Positions 10,057-19,966 of a stretch of 64,000 bases of DNA are shown piece by piece; the stretch's first letter is position 1; each line of letters begins with the position of its first letter. Made by a program: the position numbers and the translations under genes. The stretch covers positions 96,001-160,000 of the forward strand of contig JBCNVB010000018.1 of assembly GCA_039630415.1 (NCBI GenBank). Direction: 5' to 3'. This stretch comes from a bacterium. GTDB lineage: Bacteria; DRYD01. The notes below the pieces were generated by a model, which was given only the letters and a program-made list of their open reading frames with translations, did no database searches and was not told the origin of the DNA.

Positions 10057-12104
10057 TCTGTTGTATTTTCCCAAGGGAAAGTATTGTGATCTACAGTAGT
10101 AGTAGTTTGCGCTTGTTGTTGCGTATTATTATTTCTTGTAACTTCAGTTTGGTAATTTTGGTTATTTTCGTTTTGATTAGTTGTTGTTTGTTGAATCTTA
10201 TTATTTTCTATTGACTTGGTTTCCTGTTGAGCAGATTGTTGATCTATTTTTACAAAACTAGGTTTTGATTTTTGGGGTTTATAGTATTTGTAGCAAGCCA
10301 GGATAGATTTTCTCCATATTTCCACTGGCAAGGTAGCCCCATAGACATTATACAGTGGGCTATAATCATCATTTCCTACCCATACCACGCAGGTAAAATC
10401 ATCGGTAAATCCTGAATACCAAGCATCCCTATGATCACTAGTAGTACCAGTTTTACCGTAACAGTTTATGCCTTCTATTCTAGCGTTGTAACCAGTTCCT
10501 CTGTCTACCACTGCTTTCATAAGATCTCTCATATCCTTTGCTACCTGATATGGTAGTACTCTTTCGTATTTTTCTTTATGATAAAACATTATTCCTCCAT
10601 ATCTGTCCTCCACTTTGTAAACAAACTGTGGCTGTATAATATATCCATAGTTTGCTATTACACTTGTCAAAGTAGCTACTTCTAGGACTGACAATACAGA
10701 AGATCCCAAAGCAGTGGACAAATATGGTTCTAGATTAGATTTTACCCCCATTTTTTTAGCTGTTTCTATCACTTTATCTATCCCTATTTGACTTGATAAA
10801 TATACAGCGATAGTATTTCTAGAAAAAGCGAAAGAATCTATTAAGCTCATTCTACCCCAATATTTACCATCCCAATTAACCGGCGAATAAGAGCTAGTAC
10901 CACTTCCATAGGTATACAATCTATCATAAACTACTGTGTTAGGGGAAAAACCATTTTCAAGAGCAGCTGTATAGACAACTATTTTAAATACTGACCCTGG
11001 TTGCCTATAAGCTTGATAAGCCCTGTTAAACTGATCAGAGATTCTATATTCGTATCCTCCAACTAAAGCAAGTACTCTTCCAGTGTAATTTTCTATAACT
11101 ACTACAGCAGCCTGATTTACATTATTAGCTTTCCTATTTTTATCTATTTCTTCCTTAACAATCTTTTGGATATCTTGTTGGATTCTTGTGTCCAAATTTA
11201 GATAAATTCTTAGCCCCATGGTTTTTAAATACTCATTATCAACATCAGTAATTTTCTTGAAATTTTGTACCACATAGTTGACATAATATGGATATAACAC
11301 ATTATTTTGATCAAGTGTTTCTCTTTTTAGCCTTATTGGATACTCTACATATTTTTTGTATTCTAAAGGTGATATGTATTTAAGTTCAAGAAGCCTTCTT
11401 AGCACGTATAATTGCCTTTTACGAGCCATCTTGTAGTTTATGTAAGGCGAGTAAACAGAAGGAGCTGGTAGAAGACCAATTATCATTGCCGCTTCAGGTA
11501 TGTTTAGTTGGGACACAGATTTGGCAAAATATACTCTTGATGCTGCCTCTATTCCATAAGCTCCTTCCCCAAAGTATACTAGATTCAAATACATTTCCAT
11601 TATTTCCTGCTTGGAAAAACTTTTTTCTAATTCAACAGCTAGAACAGCTTCCCTTATTTTTCTTCTAATACTAAGCTCAGGACTTAGGAAAAGTATTCTA
11701 GCTAACTGCTGGGTTATAGTACTTCCTCCTTGGGTAACTTGCTTATTCAATGCTATGTCTATGATACTCCTCACTACAGCTATAAAATCCACCCCTCTAT
11801 GTATATAAAATCTTTCATCCTCAGAAGCTATAAGGCATATTTTTACTGAATTTGGTATACTAGATATTGGAACCCAATATCTATTTTCAACGTATAATTT
11901 AGCTACTTTTTGACCATCTAGAGAAAAAAACTCACTTGATTGAACCGGTATTTTTTTCCTTATCTGTTTAACATCAACTACATCCTTTTGGGCTTCCTTT
12001 ATTAATCCCAATACAAAGTAAGTTACAAAGAAAACACATACAATAATCAAAAAGGCTATTACCTTGAATATTCCTACTATCAAACTAATGATTTTTCTTA
12101 GCAT
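10053..12104 (-). CDS. Class A penicillin-binding protein (PBP1A family)
   Basis: Transglycosylase motifs EDERFY.H.G, GGSTITQQL and RKIRE; transpeptidase motifs SVFK, SRN and KTGT; Q/T/N-rich tail. Confidence 0.95.
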   Translation of the reverse strand: MLRKIISLIVGIFKVIAFLIIVCVFFVTYFVLGLIKEAQKDVVDVKQIRKKIPVQSSEFFSLDGQKVAKLYVENRYWVPISSIPNSVKICLIASEDERFYIHRGVDFIAVVRSIIDIALNKQVTQGGSTITQQLARILFLSPELSIRRKIREAVLAVELEKSFSKQEIMEMYLNLVYFGEGAYGIEAASRVYFAKSVSQLNIPEAAMIIGLLPAPSVYSPYINYKMARKRQLYVLRRLLELKYISPLEYKKYVEYPIRLKRETLDQNNVLYPYYVNYVVQNFKKITDVDNEYLKTMGLRIYLNLDTRIQQDIQKIVKEEIDKNRKANNVNQAAVVVIENYTGRVLALVGGYEYRISDQFNRAYQAYRQPGSVFKIVVYTAALENGFSPNTVVYDRLYTYGSGTSSYSPVNWDGKYWGRMSLIDSFAFSRNTIAVYLSSQIGIDKVIETAKKMGVKSNLEPYLSTALGSSVLSVLEVATLTSVIANYGYIIQPQFVYKVEDRYGGIMFYHKEKYERVLPYQVAKDMRDLMKAVVDRGTGYNARIEGINCYGKTGTTSDHRDAWYSGFTDDFTCVVWVGNDDYSPLYNVYGATLPVEIWRKSILACYKYYKPQKSKPSFVKIDQQSAQQETKSIENNKIQQTTTNQNENNQNYQTEVTRNNNTQQQAQTTTTVDHNTFPWENTTE

Positions 12105-12477
12105 AAGAAATGAATACAGGTATAAGCTTTTCGAAATTTTTTCTACAATATTTCTTTGCTAATCTGATATATACATGAACTAGCACTTTTTCGGGTATTT
12201 GAGAAGCTTTTATTTCACAGTATAGTAGTAAAAGCAATGCTCTTTCCATATAATTCATAACAAAATAATCTGATCTGTATATAATTTCCCATACCCCCTG
12301 GTTATATTTATGGTAGTTTTCAATCAAATTACCTAGTACTTGTCTAAAGTAAGTAGAAAGGTATAAAGGAAGAAAAAACTTTTGGTAGTATAGAAACTGA
12401 AGGACCGTTCCTAGAGCAATTTCTCGTTGGTATTTTTGAGAATATTTCTGATTATCTTTTGATAGTTGGCTCGACAT
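12085..12477 (-). CDS. nusB: Divergent transcription antitermination factor NusB
   Basis: REIAL..., ERALL.L...EI...IP.KV......LAKKY pattern and typical size. Confidence 0.6.
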   Translation of the reverse strand: MSSQLSKDNQKYSQKYQREIALGTVLQFLYYQKFFLPLYLSTYFRQVLGNLIENYHKYNQGVWEIIYRSDYFVMNYMERALLLLLYCEIKASQIPEKVLVHVYIRLAKKYCRKNFEKLIPVFISYAKKNH

Positions 12478-14938
12478 TATATTTTCTCATTAAATCACTT
12501 ACCATTTTTTGAATATCTTTTTCATCCCTATCTACCAGGATAATTTGAATGGTAATTTTTCCATTTTCCACTTTAGCTCCTACAGCCTCCATAAGAATTA
12601 AGTTATGGTATATATCGTTTATCATTTTTTGTGTTTTATCATCTATATTTGCCTCGATTCTCATTATGGCGTGTTTGTAGTTATTTTTTATGGTATTGTA
12701 GTATTCTTCGAGTTTATCCATAGAGTATACAAAAGGTGGAATTTTAAACTCCATAGTTGCTTTTAGCTGAGCATCCTTCTGTACTTGCCCAATAGGTTGC
12801 TTTTCTTGTTTTTGTGTTTGATCAGTCTGGATTGTTTGCTGTGGAGTTTGTTGTACAGTTTGTTGTGGAGTTTGTTGTACAGTTTGCTGTGAATTATCTT
12901 GAGTTACATCCACTAAAACCTTAACTCCTGCTATAGTAGTTTTATTTTTGCCTGTTTTCTTAGAATAGTAAAGAGCTTCGTCAGCTGCCTTTATTATTTC
13001 TTCTACATTTTTACCATGATCAGGGAAAGTTGCTAATCCTAAAGAAATCGTTATTACAGTAGGTACATTTTCGAATTTTCTTGATGAAACCTCCTGTCTA
13101 ATTCTTTCAGCTATTTCATAAGCCTTTTCAGTAGGAGTATTAGGTATTATTATTCCTATTTCTTCTCCACCATACCTGAAAGGCCAATCAAAAAATTCTC
13201 TAGCTGCAGCTTTGAAAACCTTAGCAACTACTCTTAAAACTTCGTCTCCTACTTGGTGACCATAGGTATCATTAAATTTCTTAAAATTATCTATATCACA
13301 AAGTATGTAAGATAATTTTTGATTATTTTTTGATGCTTTTTCAAGTTCTTCTTCCATTTTTTGGTACATAAAACGACGATTATATAACCTTGTTAGTTCA
13401 TCCAAATAAGCTACTTCCTTGAATCTAATAGAAACTATATCATTACTTATTTCTTCCAATACCTCTTTTATTACTTCCTTGTATGTTCTTAAGTTTTGAA
13501 GTATTTTATTTTCTTCAGTTTCAGTTAAAGCCTGAATGAATATTAAGCTTTGAAGTAGACCCTTACTAACACATGGCAAGATAAAATGCATCTTCTGCTT
13601 TTTGAAGTTAACAATATTTTTACCCCCAAACCAGTCGTAGAAAGTTGGATTGGATTGGATAGATAATAAGTGTACCGGTGTATTAGAGTATTCCGATAGC
13701 CAAGCTGAATATTTTGGGAATATATACAAAACATCTGGTAAATCATCCGAAGCATTATTGAAGTAACAGTATAATACATTATCCTTTCTAGGGTCAGTAA
13801 TGTAGATCGCCATCCTTGCATTAAAACCTAATATATTATTGTTGAAAAATTCATAAACTAAACTTATGAAGATATCCAAGTTCTCCGCTTTTATTGATAC
13901 AGCTTCCTGATATACCTTTTTGATGTTTTCTATCTTTCTTTTCGCTTGTTTATTTTTCCTTTCATTGTATAAATATAAAGCAGCTATAATACAGGAAACC
14001 AATAACAAAATTGTTACCGCAATTACAGCATATCTAGTAGTATTTCTTGTTTCTATTTCTTTTTTGATAATCAATATTTCTTCATCTTTAGTATCCTGAA
14101 AAGTTTGCTTTATAATCTCATAAGCCTGTTTGTATTTTTTTAACGCATGCAGTATTTTTACCTTTAGTTTAAGATATTCTTGGTTTTCCGGATACTTAGC
14201 AAGTATCTTTTCAATTTGTTCCAAAGCCTTTTGATAATATCCTTGTTTATAATTTAGAACAGCTATTAAGTAGAACGATTTTTCATCAACCAGCAGGTAT
14301 TGGTACTTGGAAGCAAATTCAGAAGCTTTATTCAAATCCTCATTTTCTATATAGAGTTTAAGTATTAAGTAGGCGAAATCTTTATTTAGATATCCCTTGG
14401 ATATTATTCTATCGGTCATTTTAATGGCTTCTTGGAAATCTTTCTTTGATATATAGATGTCCAGTAAAAGAATCATAGAAGGTATATACGATGGGTTATT
14501 TTGTAACGATTTTTTCAAATTGTACTCCGCAGAAGCAAAGTCTCCTAAACTGTGATAAACCCATCCCTTGTAGTAATATGCTCTTGCATCATAAAAATCA
14601 ATATTGTTTATTATGTAATCAGCATACTTTAATATTTCATTGTATATTTTTTGCTTGTCCGAAGAAACGTATATGTTTCTTATAAGTATTTCTGTTAGAA
14701 GGTAAAAGGCATTCTTGTTTTTGTTGTTCAAATTCTTTATTATATGGACACATATGATATAAGCTGATTTATCATCAAATTTTTTGTAGTACTGAACAGC
14801 CATATTATACAATTCTTCCTCGCTTTTTCCCTCCAAATCTTTAACGTCTATACCAAAACCAGTACTACATAGTAGCACTATAAAATTGAAAATTAGTAGC
14901 AAACTTATAGTTACTCTGCTAAGCGTGTTTTTGATCAT
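12452..14938 (-). CDS. Membrane-anchored diguanylate cyclase with an extracytoplasmic TPR array
   Basis: Signal peptide, TPR-like repeats, one TM helix, GAF-like region, then DELTRLYNRR, DIDNFKKFND.YGH, RYGGEEI and ADEALY.SK..GKN. Confidence 0.9.
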   Translation of the reverse strand: MIKNTLSRVTISLLLIFNFIVLLCSTGFGIDVKDLEGKSEEELYNMAVQYYKKFDDKSAYIICVHIIKNLNNKNKNAFYLLTEILIRNIYVSSDKQKIYNEILKYADYIINNIDFYDARAYYYKGWVYHSLGDFASAEYNLKKSLQNNPSYIPSMILLLDIYISKKDFQEAIKMTDRIISKGYLNKDFAYLILKLYIENEDLNKASEFASKYQYLLVDEKSFYLIAVLNYKQGYYQKALEQIEKILAKYPENQEYLKLKVKILHALKKYKQAYEIIKQTFQDTKDEEILIIKKEIETRNTTRYAVIAVTILLLVSCIIAALYLYNERKNKQAKRKIENIKKVYQEAVSIKAENLDIFISLVYEFFNNNILGFNARMAIYITDPRKDNVLYCYFNNASDDLPDVLYIFPKYSAWLSEYSNTPVHLLSIQSNPTFYDWFGGKNIVNFKKQKMHFILPCVSKGLLQSLIFIQALTETEENKILQNLRTYKEVIKEVLEEISNDIVSIRFKEVAYLDELTRLYNRRFMYQKMEEELEKASKNNQKLSYILCDIDNFKKFNDTYGHQVGDEVLRVVAKVFKAAAREFFDWPFRYGGEEIGIIIPNTPTEKAYEIAERIRQEVSSRKFENVPTVITISLGLATFPDHGKNVEEIIKAADEALYYSKKTGKNKTTIAGVKVLVDVTQDNSQQTVQQTPQQTVQQTPQQTIQTDQTQKQEKQPIGQVQKDAQLKATMEFKIPPFVYSMDKLEEYYNTIKNNYKHAIMRIEANIDDKTQKMINDIYHNLILMEAVGAKVENGKITIQIILVDRDEKDIQKMVSDLMRKYNVEPTIKR
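12834..12891. repeat. 24-bp coding tandem repeat (QQTVQQTP) in the GGDEF protein linker
   Basis: TGTGGAGTTTGTTGTACAGTTTG occurs twice with a 24-bp period. Confidence 0.8.
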
Positions 14939-16407
14939 AGCTTTTTGGTATAATCAATCACCCTTTCCATTATTGAATTTTTTGTATTTTTTGTATTTAC
15001 CTTTTCCATTTTTGTTTCATTTACTTCCTTAATTTCCATATTTTCTATCCCCATATTTTGTTTCAGTTTTTCGAGTATAATTTCCCTTTTCTGTTCAAGT
15101 AATTTGATGTATGTAAGATCATACTTATCCTGAATATTGTACACAAAGAATATTTTATTACCCTGTTTAATTATTTCCTTACAAGCATTCATTGTCTTGT
15201 AGATTAGTTTGTCATTTTCAAAAAATTTCAAAACCTGTTCTTTTACATTAATGTAATCTTGATTTGTTTGTTCTTGATTAAATCTATTTTCAACATCAAT
15301 CTTCTTTTCAGGAACCTGATATTGATCCTGAGTATAATTTTCATACCCTAAATTTAGTGACATTATTTCAAAAAAAATGTAATCATTCTCACTTTTGTAG
15401 TAATTCAAAACATTACTTACAACATTCATTACCCTTCTCACCTTTTCCAAAGGGAAAAAAGAAGTAATCTTTTGATAATTCTCAATCTGAAAAGAACAGA
15501 ACTCATCCAAAGTTTGATTATACCTAAAGTATATTATGTTCCTCAATTCCTCTAGAACAGTATATAAAAACTGATATATATTTACAGAGTTATACTTAAT
15601 TTTGTTTATGACCTGTATTAAATCGCTGATATTACCCTGCAATATTGAAAACAAATATTCATATATCCATGAATAAGAGGCTGTTAAAGAGATTTGGAAT
15701 ATATGGTTTATTGATATTTTTTTATCCATGTTTCTTACCTGCTCTAGAATACTTAATGAATCTCTTACGGATCCATTAGCCACCTTTGACAAATACATCA
15801 AAGCTTCTTCATCTATGTTTATTTTTTCTTTATTGCATATTTCTTTTAGATGCTGGAATATAGTTGAATGGTGCACCCTCTTAAATTCTATTTTTTGACA
15901 TCTGGATTGAATAGTTATTGGTACTTTGTGAATATCTGTGGTAGCCAAAATAAAGACGGTAAACTCTGGAGGCTCTTCTAGACTTTTCAATAGCGCATTA
16001 AAAGCCTCTATCGTTAGCATATGCACCTCATCTATTATATAAACCTTATACTTTCCTTTTAAAGGAGCTAGCTTTATGTTTTCTCTTATTTGCTTTATTT
16101 CATTTATTCCTCTATTAGAAGCAGCATCTATTTCTATACAATCCGGGAAATTATTGTTATTAATTGATATGCAATTTGAACAATTATTACAAGGTTCAAA
16201 ATCAACCCTTTGTAAACAATTCAAAGCTTTGGCAAATATCCTAGCCACAGTAGTTTTTCCAGTACCTCTAGTACCAGTAAATAAATAGGCATGAGAAAAA
16301 GTATTGTTCAATATAGAATTTGTTATTATCCTTATTGCTAAATCTTGTCCAATTACTTGACTGAAATTTTGAGGTCTATATTTCCTGTATAAAGTAACAT
16401 TCTTCAT
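14935..16407 (-). CDS. dnaX: DNA polymerase III subunit gamma/tau
   Basis: LYRKYRP, GTRGTGKTT, Cys zinc module, EIDAAS, DEVHML and SRC motifs. Confidence 0.96.
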   Translation of the reverse strand: MKNVTLYRKYRPQNFSQVIGQDLAIRIITNSILNNTFSHAYLFTGTRGTGKTTVARIFAKALNCLQRVDFEPCNNCSNCISINNNNFPDCIEIDAASNRGINEIKQIRENIKLAPLKGKYKVYIIDEVHMLTIEAFNALLKSLEEPPEFTVFILATTDIHKVPITIQSRCQKIEFKRVHHSTIFQHLKEICNKEKINIDEEALMYLSKVANGSVRDSLSILEQVRNMDKKISINHIFQISLTASYSWIYEYLFSILQGNISDLIQVINKIKYNSVNIYQFLYTVLEELRNIIYFRYNQTLDEFCSFQIENYQKITSFFPLEKVRRVMNVVSNVLNYYKSENDYIFFEIMSLNLGYENYTQDQYQVPEKKIDVENRFNQEQTNQDYINVKEQVLKFFENDKLIYKTMNACKEIIKQGNKIFFVYNIQDKYDLTYIKLLEQKREIILEKLKQNMGIENMEIKEVNETKMEKVNTKNTKNSIMERVIDYTKKL

Positions 16408-17321
16408 AGAACTAGATTTTCTATCTTGTAGTTTTTCTTTAGATGGTCAACAGAGATTTTGGTATATATTTGAGTTGTACTAAGATTAGAATGACCTAGA
16501 AGTTCTTTTATACTCACTATATCAGCCCCATTTTGTAACATAATCGTAGCAAAAGTATGTCTCATAACATGAGGCGTTATTTTTAGCTTTAAACCCATTA
16601 TCTTCGAAACCCTAGCAAAAATGTATTGTACAGTTCTAACAGTCATTTTTTTATTTCTTATACTTACAAAAACATTCTCCGATCCTGAAAATCTCTGCTT
16701 TATATTCAAGTAACTGTTTAAATGTTCTTTGACATAGTCATTAAATATAACTATTCTTTCTTTATCCCCCTTACCTTTAACACTTATAGTTTTTTGATTA
16801 AGATCTATATCCGAGATTTTTATATTAACCAACTCGGATACTCTAAGACCTGTAAAAACCAACAATACAAATATTAATCTGTTTCTTGATTGTATAAAGT
16901 CTCTATATTTTTGATTAGTTTTTGAAAATACAAAATCAATACCATTAATTATTTGCTTTATTTGATCAATGGATATAGCTTTAGGCAAATTTTTTGGTGT
17001 TTTCATTGTTTCAATTAAATCCGAGTAATTTGTATCCACTATCCCTTCCTTCCATAAAAACCTGAAAAAAGATCTGAAACTAGATATCTTTCTGTTTATT
17101 CCCCTATTTAAGTGATTTTTATTAGTTTTAAGATAAACTACGTAGTTTCTAATCTGATCTATTATTTGATTAGCTTTTTGACTATCTATGCTTTGAATTT
17201 GCGATAAAGCAAAAAATCTTTTCAAATCATAAGTATACTCTTTTATAGTCCTACCTGCCAAACCTACCCTTATTAGGTAGTATTTATATTTTTCAAGCAG
17301 ATCTTCTACTTGTATTTTCAC
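16404..17321 (-). CDS. xerC: Tyrosine recombinase XerC/XerD family
   Basis: TGLRVSEL, GKGDKER, HVMRHTFAT and LLGHSNLSTTQIYT motifs; 305 aa. XerC versus XerD is not resolvable by eye. Confidence 0.85.
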   Translation of the reverse strand: MKIQVEDLLEKYKYYLIRVGLAGRTIKEYTYDLKRFFALSQIQSIDSQKANQIIDQIRNYVVYLKTNKNHLNRGINRKISSFRSFFRFLWKEGIVDTNYSDLIETMKTPKNLPKAISIDQIKQIINGIDFVFSKTNQKYRDFIQSRNRLIFVLLVFTGLRVSELVNIKISDIDLNQKTISVKGKGDKERIVIFNDYVKEHLNSYLNIKQRFSGSENVFVSIRNKKMTVRTVQYIFARVSKIMGLKLKITPHVMRHTFATIMLQNGADIVSIKELLGHSNLSTTQIYTKISVDHLKKNYKIENLVL

Positions 17322-18253
17322 GATTCTTTCAAGGATAACCCTAGTTCAGATAGTTTTTGCTTTATCTCTTGAATAGACTTTCCTCCTAGGTTTCTTACAG
17401 TAATTAGATCATCTTCGGTATAGTTTATCAAATCCGCTAAAGTACTTATTCCTATCCTTTTAAGCGAGTTGTAAGTTCTCGATGATAAGTTGAGATCCTT
17501 TATATTCTTGGATAGAATATCCTTTTGAGAAGCTTGTTGTGATTCCTTAATAAATGTTTCACCTTCAAAACTATATCCTAACATTATTGTTTCAGTATAG
17601 GCTTTAATTACACCTAGAGCTTTCAAAAGTGCTTCCCTTGGAGCAATTGTTCCGTCTGTCCATATTTCAATATAAAGCTTATCTGTAAGCTGATTGTTTT
17701 CAGTCCTTTCATTTTCTACATAGTAGTTGACTTTTTGTACTGGAGAAAAGATACTATCAACTTTTATATATCCTATTATTTCTTCGGGTAGGATTTGCTC
17801 TTCTGCTGAGATATAACCATAACCCATTTTAACTCCTGCTTCTATAGTTAATGTAGTATTGGTCGTAATTGTAGCTATGTATTGATCTGGGTTAGTAACC
17901 TCCACCATTGCAGGGCATTTAACATCCGATGCTTTGACTTGAGCAGGCCCCGTTACGTTCAAATATACTTTTTCATAATCACTATTTGATCTATACTTGA
18001 ACCTTACTCTTTTCAAATTCATTATTATATCTATCACATCTTCTTTTATCCCAGGAATAGGTTCATACTCATGTAGAACGTTATTGATTTTCACATAGAA
18101 TATTGCAGCTCCAGGTATATAAGAAAGTAGAACCCTTCTTAGAGCGTTTCCAATAGTAATTCCCATTCCATAGGGCAACTTCTCTATGAAAAATCTTCCA
18201 TAGTTTGGTTCAATTGCTAATATACCAGTGTTCACATTATTTACTATAAGCAT
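17318..18253 (-). CDS. rpoA: RNA polymerase alpha subunit
   Basis: G.TIGNALRRVLL, LHEY, DSIFSPV.KV, WTDG and alphaCTD LS.R.YN.L..RNLG.KS. Confidence 0.97.
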   Translation of the reverse strand: MLIVNNVNTGILAIEPNYGRFFIEKLPYGMGITIGNALRRVLLSYIPGAAIFYVKINNVLHEYEPIPGIKEDVIDIIMNLKRVRFKYRSNSDYEKVYLNVTGPAQVKASDVKCPAMVEVTNPDQYIATITTNTTLTIEAGVKMGYGYISAEEQILPEEIIGYIKVDSIFSPVQKVNYYVENERTENNQLTDKLYIEIWTDGTIAPREALLKALGVIKAYTETIMLGYSFEGETFIKESQQASQKDILSKNIKDLNLSSRTYNSLKRIGISTLADLINYTEDDLITVRNLGGKSIQEIKQKLSELGLSLKES

Positions 18254-18302
18254 AGTTATAAACCTCCTACCAGCGTTTTATGTATGTACTTTTCAAAACT
18301 TT

Positions 18303-18941
18303 TTATCTTGAGTAAAATTCTACAATAAGATTATCTTCTATTGGATACTCTATATCACTTCTTTCAGGTTCTCTTAAAATCTTTATGGTTAAGTTACTAT
18401 GATCAGCATTTATCCAAGATGGGATAAAAATATTCTTTGTGCCTTCTAAATATTGCTTTATTACATTAAGAACTTTGGGTTTGAATTTTATTACATCACC
18501 CATTTTGATCAGATATGAAGGTACATCTACGTTTTTTTCGTTAACAAATACAAATCCGTGAGAGATTATTTGTCTAGCTTGTGCTCTTGAGGCTGCAAAA
18601 CCAGCCCTGTATATAACGTTATCTATTCTCCTTTCTATAATTTTCATTAGATTTTGACCTGTAAATCCTTTACCAAGCCTTGCTAATCTCTTAGCTTCTT
18701 CAAAATATTTTCTAAACATTTTTTCACTAACACCATAGATTCTTTTTACCTTCTGTTTCTCTCTTAGTCGTATTCCGAAAGTTGTAAGTTTAGGTCTCCT
18801 TTTTATGAAACCGTGTTGGCCTGGCGGATAATTTCTTTTTTCCAAGGGACATTTATCAGAATAACACTTTTCTCCTTTGAGATATAGTTTTATTCCTTCC
18901 CTTCTACACAGTTTACATTTAGGACCTATGTATCTACCCAT
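18303..18941 (-). CDS. rpsD: 30S ribosomal protein S4 (Zn-binding C+ form)
   Basis: MGRYIGPKCKLCRREG, PPGQHG, LREKQK and LIVEFYSR. Confidence 0.98.
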   Translation of the reverse strand: MGRYIGPKCKLCRREGIKLYLKGEKCYSDKCPLEKRNYPPGQHGFIKRRPKLTTFGIRLREKQKVKRIYGVSEKMFRKYFEEAKRLARLGKGFTGQNLMKIIERRIDNVIYRAGFAASRAQARQIISHGFVFVNEKNVDVPSYLIKMGDVIKFKPKVLNVIKQYLEGTKNIFIPSWINADHSNLTIKILREPERSDIEYPIEDNLIVEFYSR

Positions 18942-18954
18942 TTTGCAATAGTTT

Positions 18955-19009
18955 CCTCGTTTATCAGAGGGCTGGATAATTTATATACCGCTATTTCCAG
19001 CAAGCGGTA
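18955..19009 (-). promoter_or_regulatory. Predicted H-type pseudoknot plus SD-sequestering hairpin in the rpsD leader
   Basis: Interleaved perfect helices UACCGCU/AGCGGUA and GCUGGA/UCCAGC, then a CCUC/GAGG hairpin over the likely SD. Confidence 0.65.
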
Positions 19010-19011
19010 AT

Positions 19012-19392
19012 TTATACTCTTCTTCTTGAAGGAGGTCTACATCCATTGTGTGGTATTGGAGTAGCATCTTTTATATCACTGATTTCAAGTCCTGCAGCTC
19101 TAAGTGCTCTTATAGCTGATTCTCTTCCCATACCAGGTCCCTTAACAATTACTTTAACCTCTCTTAAACCTTGTTGTATAGCTTTCTCTGCAGCCTGCTT
19201 TGCAGCTAATTGAGCTGCAAATGGAGTGCTTTTCTTAGTACCTTTATATCCTACTGTTCCTCCAGATGCCCAACTTATCGTATTACCATTCTCGTCCGTT
19301 ATTGTTATTATTGTATTGTTAAATGTAGAGTGTATATGAGCTATTCCTGTACTGCTAACTCTTTTTTGTTTTTTCTTCTTTTTATAAGCCAT
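19012..19392 (-). CDS. rpsK: 30S ribosomal protein S11
   Basis: [22 protein letters not shown] and [20 protein letters not shown]. Confidence 0.98.
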   Translation of the reverse strand: MAYKKKKKQKRVSSTGIAHIHSTFNNTIITITDENGNTISWASGGTVGYKGTKKSTPFAAQLAAKQAAEKAIQQGLREVKVIVKGPGMGRESAIRALRAAGLEISDIKDATPIPHNGCRPPSRRRV

Positions 19393-19438
19393 TACTATTC
19401 CTCCTTATTTGGTGTAATAGCTTTTGACATTGATAAAA

Positions 19439-19463
19439 ATTCTACCAAAAATAGATATTACCT
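19439..19463 (-). promoter_or_regulatory. Candidate promoter for the rpsK operon (CAGG-N16-TAGAAT, TGn-extended)
   Basis: Minus strand reads AACAGG TAATATCTATTTTTGG TAGAAT. Confidence 0.65.
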
Positions 19464-19919
19464 GTTTTTTATTATTATCCTACAGCCAGGATAATACTTC
19501 CCATCTTCAGAAACTATACATCCCGTCGAAGGAACACCATCATCCAAAAAAGAGTCAACATCAACTATAGTTTTAAGAGGTACAAATGAATTTTCTGAAC
19601 AGGTATTAACCTTACTATAAACTACTTCATCAACATATATAACTATCTGCGTATTATAGGCTGAAAGGAGTTTTATACTCTTTCGATTATCATGCCGCTC
19701 AATTGATACTACCTTGAAAATTATGGATAGATCTCTTAACGTATTTTCTATTTGCAATAAAGAATCTTGATAAACTAAATTCCTTATAAATCTTATCTGA
19801 TTAATAAAATCCAAATACATTTTATCGCTTGAATAAGGTGAATAGAGAGAGAAAACCTTTACTATTAATACCATGGAAACTAATATAATAACACTTCTAG
19901 ATATAAAAATATCCCACAT
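19458..19919 (-). CDS. Hypothetical protein with an N-terminal membrane anchor
   Basis: 153-aa ORF filling the dxs-rpsK gap, with a hydrophobic N-terminus. Confidence 0.65.
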   Translation of the reverse strand: MWDIFISRSVIILVSMVLIVKVFSLYSPYSSDKMYLDFINQIRFIRNLVYQDSLLQIENTLRDLSIIFKVVSIERHDNRKSIKLLSAYNTQIVIYVDEVVYSKVNTCSENSFVPLKTIVDVDSFLDDGVPSTGCIVSEDGKYYPGCRIIIKNR

Positions 19920-19966
19920 ATTTCTCTATTCATATTTTAGCAGAATTAGTGAAAAAAACCTACTAT

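Noticed and set aside
14935-16407. Programmed frameshift or slippage site in dnaX
   Set aside because: I saw no A_AAA_AAG with downstream hairpin and no A9 run at the expected position.
16404-17321. Tyrosine recombinase as a prophage or island integrase
   Set aside because: Xer-sized, overlapped with rpoA and dnaX, with no phage or cargo genes and no att-like duplication of tRNA or tmRNA ends seen.
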